A DNA stretch of 64,000 bases from a bacterium. Its GTDB lineage: Bacteria > Electryoneota > Electryoneia > Electryoneales > Electryoneaceae. The notes under the pieces are model-generated. The model did no database searches. It was not told the origin of the DNA and saw only the letters and a program-made list of their open reading frames with translations. The position numbers and the translations under genes are program-made. Each line of letters starts with the position of its first letter. The stretch's first letter is position 1. The stretch is from the NCBI GenBank assembly GCA_963669175.1, contig OY769902.1, positions 1,984,001 through 2,048,000 on the forward strand. Reading direction: 5' to 3'. This document shows positions 19,797-28,692 of this stretch, piece by piece.

Positions 19797-19823
19797 AGGG
19801 GCGATGAAGATCGCCCCTTTCTT
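19797..19823 (+). terminator. Intrinsic terminator-like hairpin between pilC and pilD
   Basis: AGGGGCGAT-gaag-ATCGCCCCT followed by TTCTT. Confidence 0.65.
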
Positions 19824-19840
19824 ATGTCGGAGAAATAGCC

Positions 19841-20659
19841 ATGCCAGCATCGTGGCTTGAGGAAATTCCGCTTTGGATGTTCATGATCTTTGCCGGGCTG
19901 CTGGGGGCAGGTGTCGGTAGTTTCCTGAACGTGCTTATTCATCGGGTTCCACGCGCAGAATCAATTGTCAAGCCGGGATCGCATTGCCCCGTGTGTAACA
20001 GGGCGATCAAGCCATGGAATAATATCCCATTGTTGTCCTGGTTATTGCTGGGTGGTAGGTGTCCGGATTGTAAAACGAAAATTCCGATTCGGTATTTCCT
20101 GGTCGAGCTGGCTGGTATTATTGTCGCCATATGGCCACTTTGGTTATTCGGACCTTCGCTTGATGCGGTCGGGGGGATGTTACTTGGCTGGCATTTGATC
20201 GCGATTGCGGTAATTGACCTGGAGACGCTTACAATCCCGGATCATCTTGTGCTGCCCATGGGCTTGTGCGGCCTGTTGTATTCCGGACTACGTGATGGTT
20301 GGACAGGGCTTGGCACATCTGTCCTGGCCGGAGTAATTGGCGCTGCGTTTCCTTTGCTGATTTTATTGATATCCCGTGTTATCATGCGACGTGAAGGTGT
20401 CGGGAGTGGTGATGTCACCATGTCCGCTGGTTTTTCAACCTACCTGCGTCCAGTCACAGTAGCTTTTTCACTGGCGATTGCAGCGGCGATGGCTGTGCTT
20501 GGGTCCGTTCTGTTTGCCATATTCCGGAAAAAATCTTTGCGCGGTCGTGAGATCCCCTTTGGGCCATGGTTAGCGCTGGGGGCATGGATATCTTACCTGT
20601 ACGGTGAGCAGATAGTGTGGTTATATGTGACTTATGTGCTGGAGCGTGTAATGGGCTAA
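19841..20659 (+). CDS. pilD: Prepilin peptidase/N-methyltransferase
   Basis: GSFLNV, CPVC/CPDC, IDLE..IPD, GSGD, IPFGPWL. Confidence 0.95.
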   Translation: MPASWLEEIPLWMFMIFAGLLGAGVGSFLNVLIHRVPRAESIVKPGSHCPVCNRAIKPWNNIPLLSWLLLGGRCPDCKTKIPIRYFLVELAGIIVAIWPLWLFGPSLDAVGGMLLGWHLIAIAVIDLETLTIPDHLVLPMGLCGLLYSGLRDGWTGLGTSVLAGVIGAAFPLLILLISRVIMRREGVGSGDVTMSAGFSTYLRPVTVAFSLAIAAAMAVLGSVLFAIFRKKSLRGREIPFGPWLALGAWISYLYGEQIVWLYVTYVLERVMG

Positions 20660-20682
20660 ATACCTCATTCTCAAGCTTTACA

Positions 20683-20698
20683 TGGCAATGTAATTGCC
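20683..20698 (+). promoter_or_regulatory. Sigma54 (-24/-12) promoter upstream of CTD cargo gene
   Basis: TGGCAATGTAATTGCC: GG-N10-GC with TGGCA and TTGC. Confidence 0.6.
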
Positions 20699-20846
20699 GT
20701 ATTTTATAAAGATTGAAGGTTTGGGTTTCGGTTGGTGAGAAGAGAAGAGAAACATAGTAACGCTGACGAGATTTCGGTTTGTGTATCCCTGTTGGGTGGG
20801 CAAGGCACATTCTGAAATTTTGTCGCAAGGGTCAATTGGAGGAAGC

Positions 20847-22949
20847 ATGAAGCGAGTTGGTCTTGCCGTTTTTACTGTCCTGCTGCTTGGGTCATTAGTT
20901 GGCGCCTCGACGATAGTATCGAGCCCGAAAGTCTCGATTGAAGAAGCGACCAATCAGATGATCAGTGACGCAGCGACAAACGTTCCCGCCTACGCACCCG
21001 GCCTGCCCGCCGGTATAGCAGAGCTGGACGAAATTCTTGGGGATACCGTGCATGTTGGATTCACCTATTGGGAATCACAGCACAACGGTACCTGTGGCCG
21101 CAATATTGGTTATTATAATGTCGGCGTGCCTACTGTACTCATGACATGGACATGTCTGGAATCATCCAACGGCGCCCGTCATGTACGTTTTAACCGCATC
21201 ACTGATGACGGTGGCGCATTTGTAGTTGAAGAACCTGCCGGTTACATTGTAGATGCATCCAACCGTGCCGGCTACACCAGCATGGCCTACAATGCCGCTG
21301 ATGGCCAGCCTTTTCCCGGGTACCATGCAATGGCCTCGGCAGATGCCGATGCAGAGTCGCAGATTGCTGCTGAATGGAATGTTTTCCCAGGTGTCTTCAA
21401 CGCAACAGCTCTTCCTGAATACGGTGAATTTCCGCACATCTGGCCGAAGGTTGCCTTTGCTGACTACCAGGGTACTCCCTACATGCATTCAGTGACAAGC
21501 ATGAGCCGTGAAGATGATGCGTCTGCCGCCATGGAGATTCTTTATTCACGTGCTGAGTACAACGCTGCTACTTATTCCTTCGTCGCACCTGAAGAGCAGG
21601 TATTGGTGACGGATAACGGCATGAATATTTCTGCCGATGTCGCTGTTAACGATGATGGTAGCATGGTCGCTATTGCCCAGACCTGGAGCCGTGACTATGA
21701 GTATCACCCGGAAGATGATCCATCACAGATGAACAACGACATCATGTTGTGGATCAGCACCGATGGCGGTACATCATGGGATTGGGACAACCCGATCAAC
21801 GTAACAGATTTTGCCATGCCAAACCCGGATTTCCTCCCGGATTCACTGGCGGCTGATGTTGATACATTCCGTGCCTATACCGATGTAAATGTTTATATTG
21901 ACCATGAAAACATTGTCCACGTTGCTTTCACAGCGCCTGGATATTTCTTCTACGAAGGCACCATCACCTATACTGCATACATCTTCCATTGGGACAACGC
22001 GACCAATGATGTGTCCGTGTTGGCCGATGGTACTTTCTGGAACTTTGTACAGCCGGGCGCCTGGCAGCGTCAGGTAGGCCGTCCGAGCATGTATCAGGAT
22101 CCTGAAACCAAGATTCTGTGGTGTGTATTCCAGAGTTACGGTGAAGAAGGCTGGTATGATCCGGTAGATTCAACCCAGTATGACCGAAGTGACGATGGTT
22201 TCTCAAATGGTGAAATCATGGTTGTTGCCAGCCCGCCGAATGGCGACGAGGCCGGTCAGGACTGGTATGGTCACCTCTGGACCAAGCCGGTGAATATCAC
22301 CAATAGCTGGGGCACCAACGGTGAACAGACTCCGAACAACCAGCTCGTAGCCGGTGAATGCCGCAACGAACGTGAACCTACCCTGTCCCTGAACAATGAT
22401 GGCGCATACCTGCACATCAACTACGTCCTCGACCTGGATGCCGGTTTTGTCGTTCAGGAAGAAGGCGAATACACAAACAACCCGGTAGTATATCATCGTG
22501 TGGCCAAGCTTGACCTGATGGATGCGTTTGATGGTTGGGTACGGAACTACCCGATGCACGCCGATTCAGCCGGTTACTGGCACGATCCCTACGATTTCGC
22601 ATGGGTCCCCGATGGCACAAATTGGACAAGTGCATTCTTCCGTGGTGAAGATACAGGCGTTGACGAGTCTGAGAATCTGCAGCCCAGCGAGTTTGAGCTG
22701 TCTCAGAACTATCCGAACCCGTTCAACCCGACAACCATGTTGAATTTCAGCCTGGCGAAGCGTGGGCACGTTCAGTTGGCCGTGTATGATGTGTTGGGTC
22801 GTGAAGTTGCCACTTTGGTCAACCGTAGCATGAGCCCGGGCCAGCACGCTGTCACGTTCGATGGCAGCAGCCTCGCCAGTGGCGTCTACTTCGTCAAAAT
22901 GACCTCCGGTAACAATACCAAGAGCATCAAGATGGTCCTGATGAAGTAA
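20847..22949 (+). CDS. Secreted acidic protein with T9SS-type C-terminal sorting domain (BNR/Asp-box)
   Basis: SD GGAGG, signal peptide MKRVGLAVF..., STDGGTSW Asp-box, C-terminal LSQNYPNPFNPTT...YDVLGREV...LASGVYF...KMVLMK. Confidence 0.88.
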   Translation: MKRVGLAVFTVLLLGSLVGASTIVSSPKVSIEEATNQMISDAATNVPAYAPGLPAGIAELDEILGDTVHVGFTYWESQHNGTCGRNIGYYNVGVPTVLMTWTCLESSNGARHVRFNRITDDGGAFVVEEPAGYIVDASNRAGYTSMAYNAADGQPFPGYHAMASADADAESQIAAEWNVFPGVFNATALPEYGEFPHIWPKVAFADYQGTPYMHSVTSMSREDDASAAMEILYSRAEYNAATYSFVAPEEQVLVTDNGMNISADVAVNDDGSMVAIAQTWSRDYEYHPEDDPSQMNNDIMLWISTDGGTSWDWDNPINVTDFAMPNPDFLPDSLAADVDTFRAYTDVNVYIDHENIVHVAFTAPGYFFYEGTITYTAYIFHWDNATNDVSVLADGTFWNFVQPGAWQRQVGRPSMYQDPETKILWCVFQSYGEEGWYDPVDSTQYDRSDDGFSNGEIMVVASPPNGDEAGQDWYGHLWTKPVNITNSWGTNGEQTPNNQLVAGECRNEREPTLSLNNDGAYLHINYVLDLDAGFVVQEEGEYTNNPVVYHRVAKLDLMDAFDGWVRNYPMHADSAGYWHDPYDFAWVPDGTNWTSAFFRGEDTGVDESENLQPSEFELSQNYPNPFNPTTMLNFSLAKRGHVQLAVYDVLGREVATLVNRSMSPGQHAVTFDGSSLASGVYFVKMTSGNNTKSIKMVLMK

Positions 22950-22972
22950 TCTCAGTTTCGAGAGATTTCGTG

Positions 22973-22999
22973 GGGGACGGATTATTCCGTCCCCTTTTT
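22973..22999 (+). terminator. Intrinsic terminator
   Basis: GGGGACGGA-loop-TCCGTCCCC followed by TTTTT. Confidence 0.85.
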
Positions 23000-23023
23000 C
23001 TTGCGAGCAGGCAGGAATCACAC

Positions 23024-23141
23024 GGAAAAGGTGACAGTTTCCTTTTCCATGAATGCTGCAAGCGTATGCTGTATGAGTCCGAGGAAAAGGATCCCGTCCC
23101 CTTTTCCCGGCAATCTCATTATGACGGAATAAATTCGAGAA
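23024..23141 (+). repeat. REP-doublet element family A, copy 1
   Basis: Two GGAAAAGG...CCTTTTCC palindromes plus a tail; inverted homolog at 44011-44136. Confidence 0.8.
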
Positions 23142-23171
23142 CAGTAATACTTGCTTATGGTATTTTTTTTT

Positions 23172-23512
23172 GGGTTCCTCACAAGAATTTGTGTATCCGG
23201 GCAATGTTGTGGCAGGTCTTGACGCGACTTTCCGTTTTCAGCTTTCGCTATGTTTTCCTGGATGCACGATGATACTGAAACCACCTCGCGTCCTGTTATT
23301 GTCGCGTTGTGACCTGCCACCGGTATCAGCACTCTCGCTGTCGTCAGGTCACAACGTGATGCCTGATGACCATCTATCATGCGAAATAGCAGCTGTGAAG
23401 TCGGACAGGTGTCTGAAATTGCGGAGAAGAACAAGAAAAAGGCATCACATCAAGACCTGACGAAACGTGCTCTTCGAAAGTATGCACAAATTCTTGTGAG
23501 CAGCCTTTTTTT
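23172..23512. repeat. Nested inverted-repeat element family B (~340 bp)
   Basis: Outer CTCACAAGAATTTGTG/CACAAATTCTTGTGAG arms enclose two inverted 104- and 115-nt units bounded by CAGGTC...GACCTG. Confidence 0.8.
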
Positions 23513-23767
23513 GTTTATTTATCTGCATTCATTGGATAGAACGTCCTACGGAGTAGATCCTCGCCTGCCAGACTGTAGCAGAATGCAAATGGAATTCATT
23601 CCCACGTATGTGGAACCGTCAGCTTGCGGTGTTCCGTCTTTTCGGGACAACCGTAAATCCAGTTATGTTTTAATATTACAATAGGTTAACCCGAATATTT
23701 CACCAATGCAATTTCAAATTTGGTATTTGATGGAATGGCCAGTACAAGAACCACGGCAGTGGTTCTC

Positions 23768-24000
23768 TGTATTAGCCCACCGTCCAGCGCCGTCTGTTTG
23801 GCGCTCACGGTGGGAATAGGATGTACGCTACTTGCCAACCCCGGCAGCGGGTTGCCTGAATATTTCCACTGTATACTTTTGATAATTATCAGGTTACTCC
23901 TTCCGGAGTAAATATATGGTGCGCATTATCTCCCCGGGTAGCCGCCAAACTGACGGCGGCTGCCCGGGGCTAATACAGGTTGCCCCTGCCGGGGCGGTTG
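23768..24000. repeat. Palindromic REP-like element family C
   Basis: TGTATTAGCCC/GGGCTAATACA arms, internal hairpins CCCACCGT..ACGGTGGG and CCCCGGGTAGCCGCC..GGCGGCTGCCCGGGG, plus CCCCGGCAG/CTGCCGGGG. Confidence 0.7.
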
Positions 24001-24472
24001 CCGATTCTCAGCCTATTTTGCCAGCGAAACAGGGAATAGACACGCAAAGGGATACCGGAGCAAACTGTCCCCTGAAAAATGCTGTATGAATCAGTTGTAT
24101 TGTGTTGATATGAACTGTGTTAAGATGAATATCCATGTTCCGTTCATGAAATATTCGGGTTAAGTATTCTCAAGAGGCGCGGTACATTGAGAAATGATTA
24201 TATACCCAACTTATTATTTTGTCGGTACTTGCCTGGATCCCCTTCTTCAAGGGGATGAAGTGTAGTCCATTCTGATCCGGTCCACTGGGGATGACTGTAT
24301 GCGCCATTGTTTTCGAGCATCGCCATATTTTCGGGGGAGACGATTCTGTTAAGTGCATGACAAGACTGGCATATATGGTAACAGAGAGTGTAACTTACCA
24401 TGTTTTTAAGATTCATCCCCTTGGTGTTGATCAATTTTGTCCACCAACAACCATTTTGCACGGGAGGCATAG

Positions 24473-26722
24473 ATGCCCTTGCGTCATATTTTTGTCATTC
24501 TGGCCTGTTTTATTTTACTGACTTCCACAGCGATTTCGCAGCCGGAAAGTCTGACCATGGAGTTCTCCAGTTTTACCAGGCTACATTATCAACAGGCATA
24601 TGACCTTGCTATTGTTGAATACGAGGATAGTGATGGTTACGTATTCATGGGGTGCGAGGATCCGGGTTTACTCATTCTGGACTATAACACTTGGCGTCAA
24701 CCGATCATTGGTGAATATGACTTTGAAGCAACAGACGCTTTTGTTCAGGTCGAAGCTGAGCCGCTGGCTCAGGAAGGCGATGCGCGTATATTTGTCCATG
24801 TGCAGGGTGATGGGGTGTACGCATTTGATTTCGATGGTACAACGCTTGAGCAGGTGGGGTATACAGATGCCATACCGAACGTCAATGACATGACGCTTGT
24901 TGACGACATTCTCTATCTTGCGGTTCCTGATTCAGGAGTTGTTGTTTATGATGTTGCAGATCCCGCGAGCATGGAATGGCAAGCCACTTGGGATATAGAG
25001 TCTGGAGAAGTCATTGCCCTGGCCATATTCAGTTCAGCAGCATCTGTTTTAAGTCTGGACGGAACCACTGTAACATTAACGCTTTTGGGAATTAGTGATC
25101 CAACGGATCCGAGTGTTTGGGGTGTTGCGGGAACAGATGTTGCAAATAACAGCGGGATAGGCTCAGTAGACATGAATAGCGCTGCCATATTCATTGGCTA
25201 CGACAACTATGTTTTCTCGTACACATACGGTAACGGTACAGCTCCCTCATTCGCGGATGACTTGAACCTGGCTTTGGTTAGCACGATATATCAATTACGC
25301 GAAATGAACGACTATGTATACGTGGCGTCCGGTGATGGCGGGATGAGGGTTGTCATTGCGAATAACCCGACCAATATTACTCAGGTTGCCAACTTTAATC
25401 CCTTATCTGGGGCAAACTTTGTTTGCCTGGATACAAAGGAAAATTATGTATTTCTTGCCGATGATTTTGACGGCTTTTTCAATGTTTACGTGACCATGCC
25501 GAATCGTCCTTCCGGTTTTGCACGCAGTCGACCTTTTGGTATCGCCAGCAATGTCTGGATTGATGGCGATGTAACGATCATGAAGGATGATTTCGGTGGG
25601 GTACGTTTTTTCAACATTGAAGATATTGCCGCTCCGGTTGACCTGAGTATTTACGCCTGTGAAAGTATCGCTGATATCGCGATGCGGGATGATCAGACGC
25701 TATACTTTTTGGATTCAGAGTCTGGATTGAAGCATATGGATTATAGTGATCCTGAATTCCCGGATGTTGAGAATGAGTTTGCATGTGAAGCAGGCGAAAT
25801 TCTCGCGCTGGATGCCTACAATGCCTATATCTGCACCAGTGAAGAACAAATGATAGTGCTCGACATGATTGATCCTGATACCGTGATCGTTGCTACTGAA
25901 ATCGCAACAGAAGGTATAGCGAACAAGGCAAGTGTGCATAACGGCCTGCTTTACATGTCCACGCACGATTCGGAACAGGAAAACGGAAGCATCAAGATAT
26001 GGGATATCGAAGAGCCATACTATCCGTTTGTAATCCAGGATATTGCTATAACAGATGGTTATTTTATGGACTACGAAGTTGAAACCAGTATGCTGTTGAC
26101 GTTACAGAAATACACAGAGCATTCATATTGGACTTTGAAAAGATTTAACGTGAACAATCCGCTTGAACCGTTCCTGGTTGATTCCCTGGTTTTTGATGAA
26201 GGGACGAGTGTGCCTTACAACATGGAACTGGTTGATGATATTGTTTTTATCGCTGCAGGAGATTCCGGGATATATGCCGTCAACCTGGTAAACGATTCCC
26301 TGATGCAGGCTGCCGGCCATATACTGACGAAAGATTGTGCATATGGGCTTGCTGTCTATGACAACGAAATCGTAGTGGCCGATGACAGGTATTTGACCAC
26401 GTTCACCTATACAATCGACAATGGTGTGGTGGAATTCGATTCAGAAAAGCTTCCGAGTGTATTCACGATCGAATCCGCATGGCCAAATCCTTTCAATCCT
26501 GTGGTTCAACTCGGCTTTACACTACCGGCCGCAAACACAGTGAATGTTACCGTGTTTGATCTTCTGGGACGTGAGGTTTATCATGAGGCGCTGGGGCAGC
26601 TTTCGACTGGCATGCACACTTTCAGTTGGGATGCAGCCAGTTTTGCTTCCGGACCATACTTTATATCATTGACTACCCCGACCGGGCAAACAGCAGCTCA
26701 ACGAGTCATGTTGTTGAAGTAG
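24473..26722 (+). CDS. Secreted LVIVD-repeat beta-propeller protein with T9SS-type CTD
   Basis: Signal peptide; YLAxxDSGVVVYDVADP and YVASGDGGMRVV repeats; C-terminal AWPNPFNP...FDLLGRE...ASGPYF...RVMLLK. Confidence 0.85.
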   Translation: MPLRHIFVILACFILLTSTAISQPESLTMEFSSFTRLHYQQAYDLAIVEYEDSDGYVFMGCEDPGLLILDYNTWRQPIIGEYDFEATDAFVQVEAEPLAQEGDARIFVHVQGDGVYAFDFDGTTLEQVGYTDAIPNVNDMTLVDDILYLAVPDSGVVVYDVADPASMEWQATWDIESGEVIALAIFSSAASVLSLDGTTVTLTLLGISDPTDPSVWGVAGTDVANNSGIGSVDMNSAAIFIGYDNYVFSYTYGNGTAPSFADDLNLALVSTIYQLREMNDYVYVASGDGGMRVVIANNPTNITQVANFNPLSGANFVCLDTKENYVFLADDFDGFFNVYVTMPNRPSGFARSRPFGIASNVWIDGDVTIMKDDFGGVRFFNIEDIAAPVDLSIYACESIADIAMRDDQTLYFLDSESGLKHMDYSDPEFPDVENEFACEAGEILALDAYNAYICTSEEQMIVLDMIDPDTVIVATEIATEGIANKASVHNGLLYMSTHDSEQENGSIKIWDIEEPYYPFVIQDIAITDGYFMDYEVETSMLLTLQKYTEHSYWTLKRFNVNNPLEPFLVDSLVFDEGTSVPYNMELVDDIVFIAAGDSGIYAVNLVNDSLMQAAGHILTKDCAYGLAVYDNEIVVADDRYLTTFTYTIDNGVVEFDSEKLPSVFTIESAWPNPFNPVVQLGFTLPAANTVNVTVFDLLGREVYHEALGQLSTGMHTFSWDAASFASGPYFISLTTPTGQTAAQRVMLLK

Positions 26723-26732
26723 AAGTACATAT

Positions 26733-26769
26733 GAACCCGGTCACCTCAAGTGACCGGGTTTTCTCTTTT
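26733..26769 (+). terminator. Intrinsic terminator
   Basis: AACCCGGTCAC-ctcaa-GTGACCGGGTT followed by T-rich tract. Confidence 0.85.
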
Positions 26770-26889
26770 CCGGGAAACTGAAAAGAGAAGAAGTTGTGGT
26801 GTTTATGAAAGCTTGAGCCTGAGTGATTGAATTGTTGCCAAAACGTATGAGCAATACGGGCACGACCAGACAGCAGACAGGGGGGGAAG

Positions 26890-27333
26890 ATGAGGCATGG
26901 CTACCAGGGGTTGCTCATCATTCTAGTTGTTGGAATGATGTTGTTTGCCGGGTGCGCGGGTGGGCAGGGCGGAAACAGCGCTATGGATGTTAAACCGCGA
27001 TTTGATGGCATATACCAGACACGTGAAATTACAAATTACCTTGGATACCTGCGATTTTTCCCGGATGGGACGTTGCTGTTTGCCACATTTCCCTTGACGG
27101 ACATTGTGCCGCGTGGCGATATGGAGACCTGGTTTGTTCCCGGTGGCGGGGTAGCGGATGCTTCACAGAGCGCCTGGCAGACTCAGGGTGATATTCTTGT
27201 CTTTACCTTGAACATGAATAATGCGGATTACCCGTGCGAGGCTGAGCTGGAAGGTGAAAGGATGTGGGTAACCATATCCGCGGATTTCAATCCCGAAGAC
27301 ACCATGTTTGACTTTAACCCATTCAATAATTGA
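26890..27333 (+). CDS. Small lipoprotein of unknown function
   Basis: Lipobox LFAG|C; FDGIYQ...YLRFFPDGT motif shared with the next gene. Confidence 0.8.
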   Translation: MRHGYQGLLIILVVGMMLFAGCAGGQGGNSAMDVKPRFDGIYQTREITNYLGYLRFFPDGTLLFATFPLTDIVPRGDMETWFVPGGGVADASQSAWQTQGDILVFTLNMNNADYPCEAELEGERMWVTISADFNPEDTMFDFNPFNN

Positions 27334-27377
27334 ACTTCAGCGTTTTCACGCAATTGTAAAATCATCCTTGGGAGACG

Positions 27378-27406
27378 TTTACAGACGACTTTCTTCAATG
27401 TACCTT
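27378..27406 (+). promoter_or_regulatory. Sigma70-type promoter
   Basis: TTTACA-17 bp-TACCTT. Confidence 0.45.
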
Positions 27407-27451
27407 TGCTGATCAGGGCTCAGTTCAAGAGACAACAAACGGAGTGCTTTC

Positions 27452-27796
27452 ATGGCAGCCAACGGACTGCAATTCAACGGTGTGTACCAGGCGGAACCGG
27501 ACGAACATAGTGATTACAGTTTTATTCTTCGCTTTTTTGAAGATGGTACCGTTATCGGGATGAGTACTTTTGCAGAACCTGCCGAATACAAGGAATGGTT
27601 TGACAAGAGTAATTCAAAGATGGCGCGTGGCGAATATGCAGTAGATGGTGATAGCCTCGAGTTCAGACTGTTTCTTGGCGGACAGGGATGGGTCGAGTAC
27701 GAGGGTGCGATAAAAGACGAGATTCTCGAATTGCATGTCACCAGCAGGATAAATGACAACGAAGCAACCCGTGAGTATTCTTTCCTTGCCTGGTGA
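27452..27796 (+). CDS. Small hypothetical protein, paralog of the preceding lipoprotein without a signal peptide
   Basis: SD GGAG; FNGVYQ...ILRFFEDGT. Confidence 0.8.
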   Translation: MAANGLQFNGVYQAEPDEHSDYSFILRFFEDGTVIGMSTFAEPAEYKEWFDKSNSKMARGEYAVDGDSLEFRLFLGGQGWVEYEGAIKDEILELHVTSRINDNEATREYSFLAW

Positions 27797-28190
27797 CAGG
27801 ATACTTTATTCATCAGAAACGGGACAAATTATTCCCAAAAACAACCTCTCCTGATTGGCGAGACGGGACAACGGAGAGTTATCTTTTCTCCTTAGTAATG
27901 TTCCAGGGGGGTTGGGAAAATGCATGTGGTTTTCTCTGTTGGGGAGACAGCAGAGACCGGGTGCATGTACCTTCATTTACCCTTGACTCAACTTTAATGA
28001 AGTTCTAACTTTGATGCTTTGTTACACGTACGTCCTCACGAATTGAATGCCTGTTGCGACATAACGTTGAGGGGCGTTATTGCCAGCGTGACGTACGTTC
28101 GAATGAAGAGCTACCCAAGTAAAAGGTCAAGGCTCTTACTCGATGTATGGGTACGAGAGCAGGTCGGAAAACGGGCGTCAGGGAGTTGCT

Positions 28191-28481
28191 ATGCAGATTA
28201 CTGAGATTAACATCAACCTGCGGGACGAAGAGAAGCTGAAAGCCTTCGTGAACATCACGTTTGATGATGTATTTGTTGTACGTGGGTTGAAGGTGATTGA
28301 AGGTGGGCAAGGTTTGTTTGTGTGTATGCCTTCACGAAAGCTGCCGGATGGGACATTCAAGGATATAGCTCATCCGATCAGCAATGAATTTCGCAACGAA
28401 ATCGAAGCGCAGATTCTTGAGGTTTACAACAAGCTGCGCGAAGAAAACAAAACCGGGATGCATCGGGTACAGGAATTCTGA
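28191..28481 (+). CDS. spoVG: SpoVG family nucleic-acid-binding protein
   Basis: MQITEI...LKAFVNITFDDVFVVRGLKVIEG..GLFVCMPSRK...FKDIAHPI. Confidence 0.96.
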   Translation: MQITEININLRDEEKLKAFVNITFDDVFVVRGLKVIEGGQGLFVCMPSRKLPDGTFKDIAHPISNEFRNEIEAQILEVYNKLREENKTGMHRVQEF

Positions 28482-28605
28482 GGCATCCGGTAACTATCTG
28501 ATTCAGCGCGGAGTAGAAGCGCATCAAGGACATCTAAGTCTTTTCGGCTGATGTCCCGGGGCGGCGAGTACGAGCGGAGTGTATCCGATTGTGCCATAAA
28601 GGCTT

Positions 28606-28677
28606 TGGGGTGTCGCCAAGCGGTAAGGCAGCGGTTTTTGGGGCCGCCATTCGCTGGTTCGAATCCAGCCACCCCAG
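28606..28677 (+). tRNA. tRNA-Gln (UUG)
   Basis: Cloverleaf: acceptor TGGGGTG/CACCCCA, anticodon TTG at 28638-40, GGTTCGAATCC T-arm; CCA not encoded. Confidence 0.96.
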
Positions 28678-28692
28678 CAAAGGGAAGGATAG

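Noticed and set aside
23172-23512. 6S RNA, SRP RNA, RNase P or tmRNA
   Set aside because: None of the diagnostic motifs are present, and wobble polarity differs between the two units
24010-24080. c-di-GMP-I riboswitch (GAAA...ACGCAAAG)
   Set aside because: No GCAAA-P2 5' element or proper P1/P3 pairing
24170-24521. Short ORFs upstream of the LVIVD cargo gene
   Set aside because: No recognisable motifs or RBS, mutually overlapping
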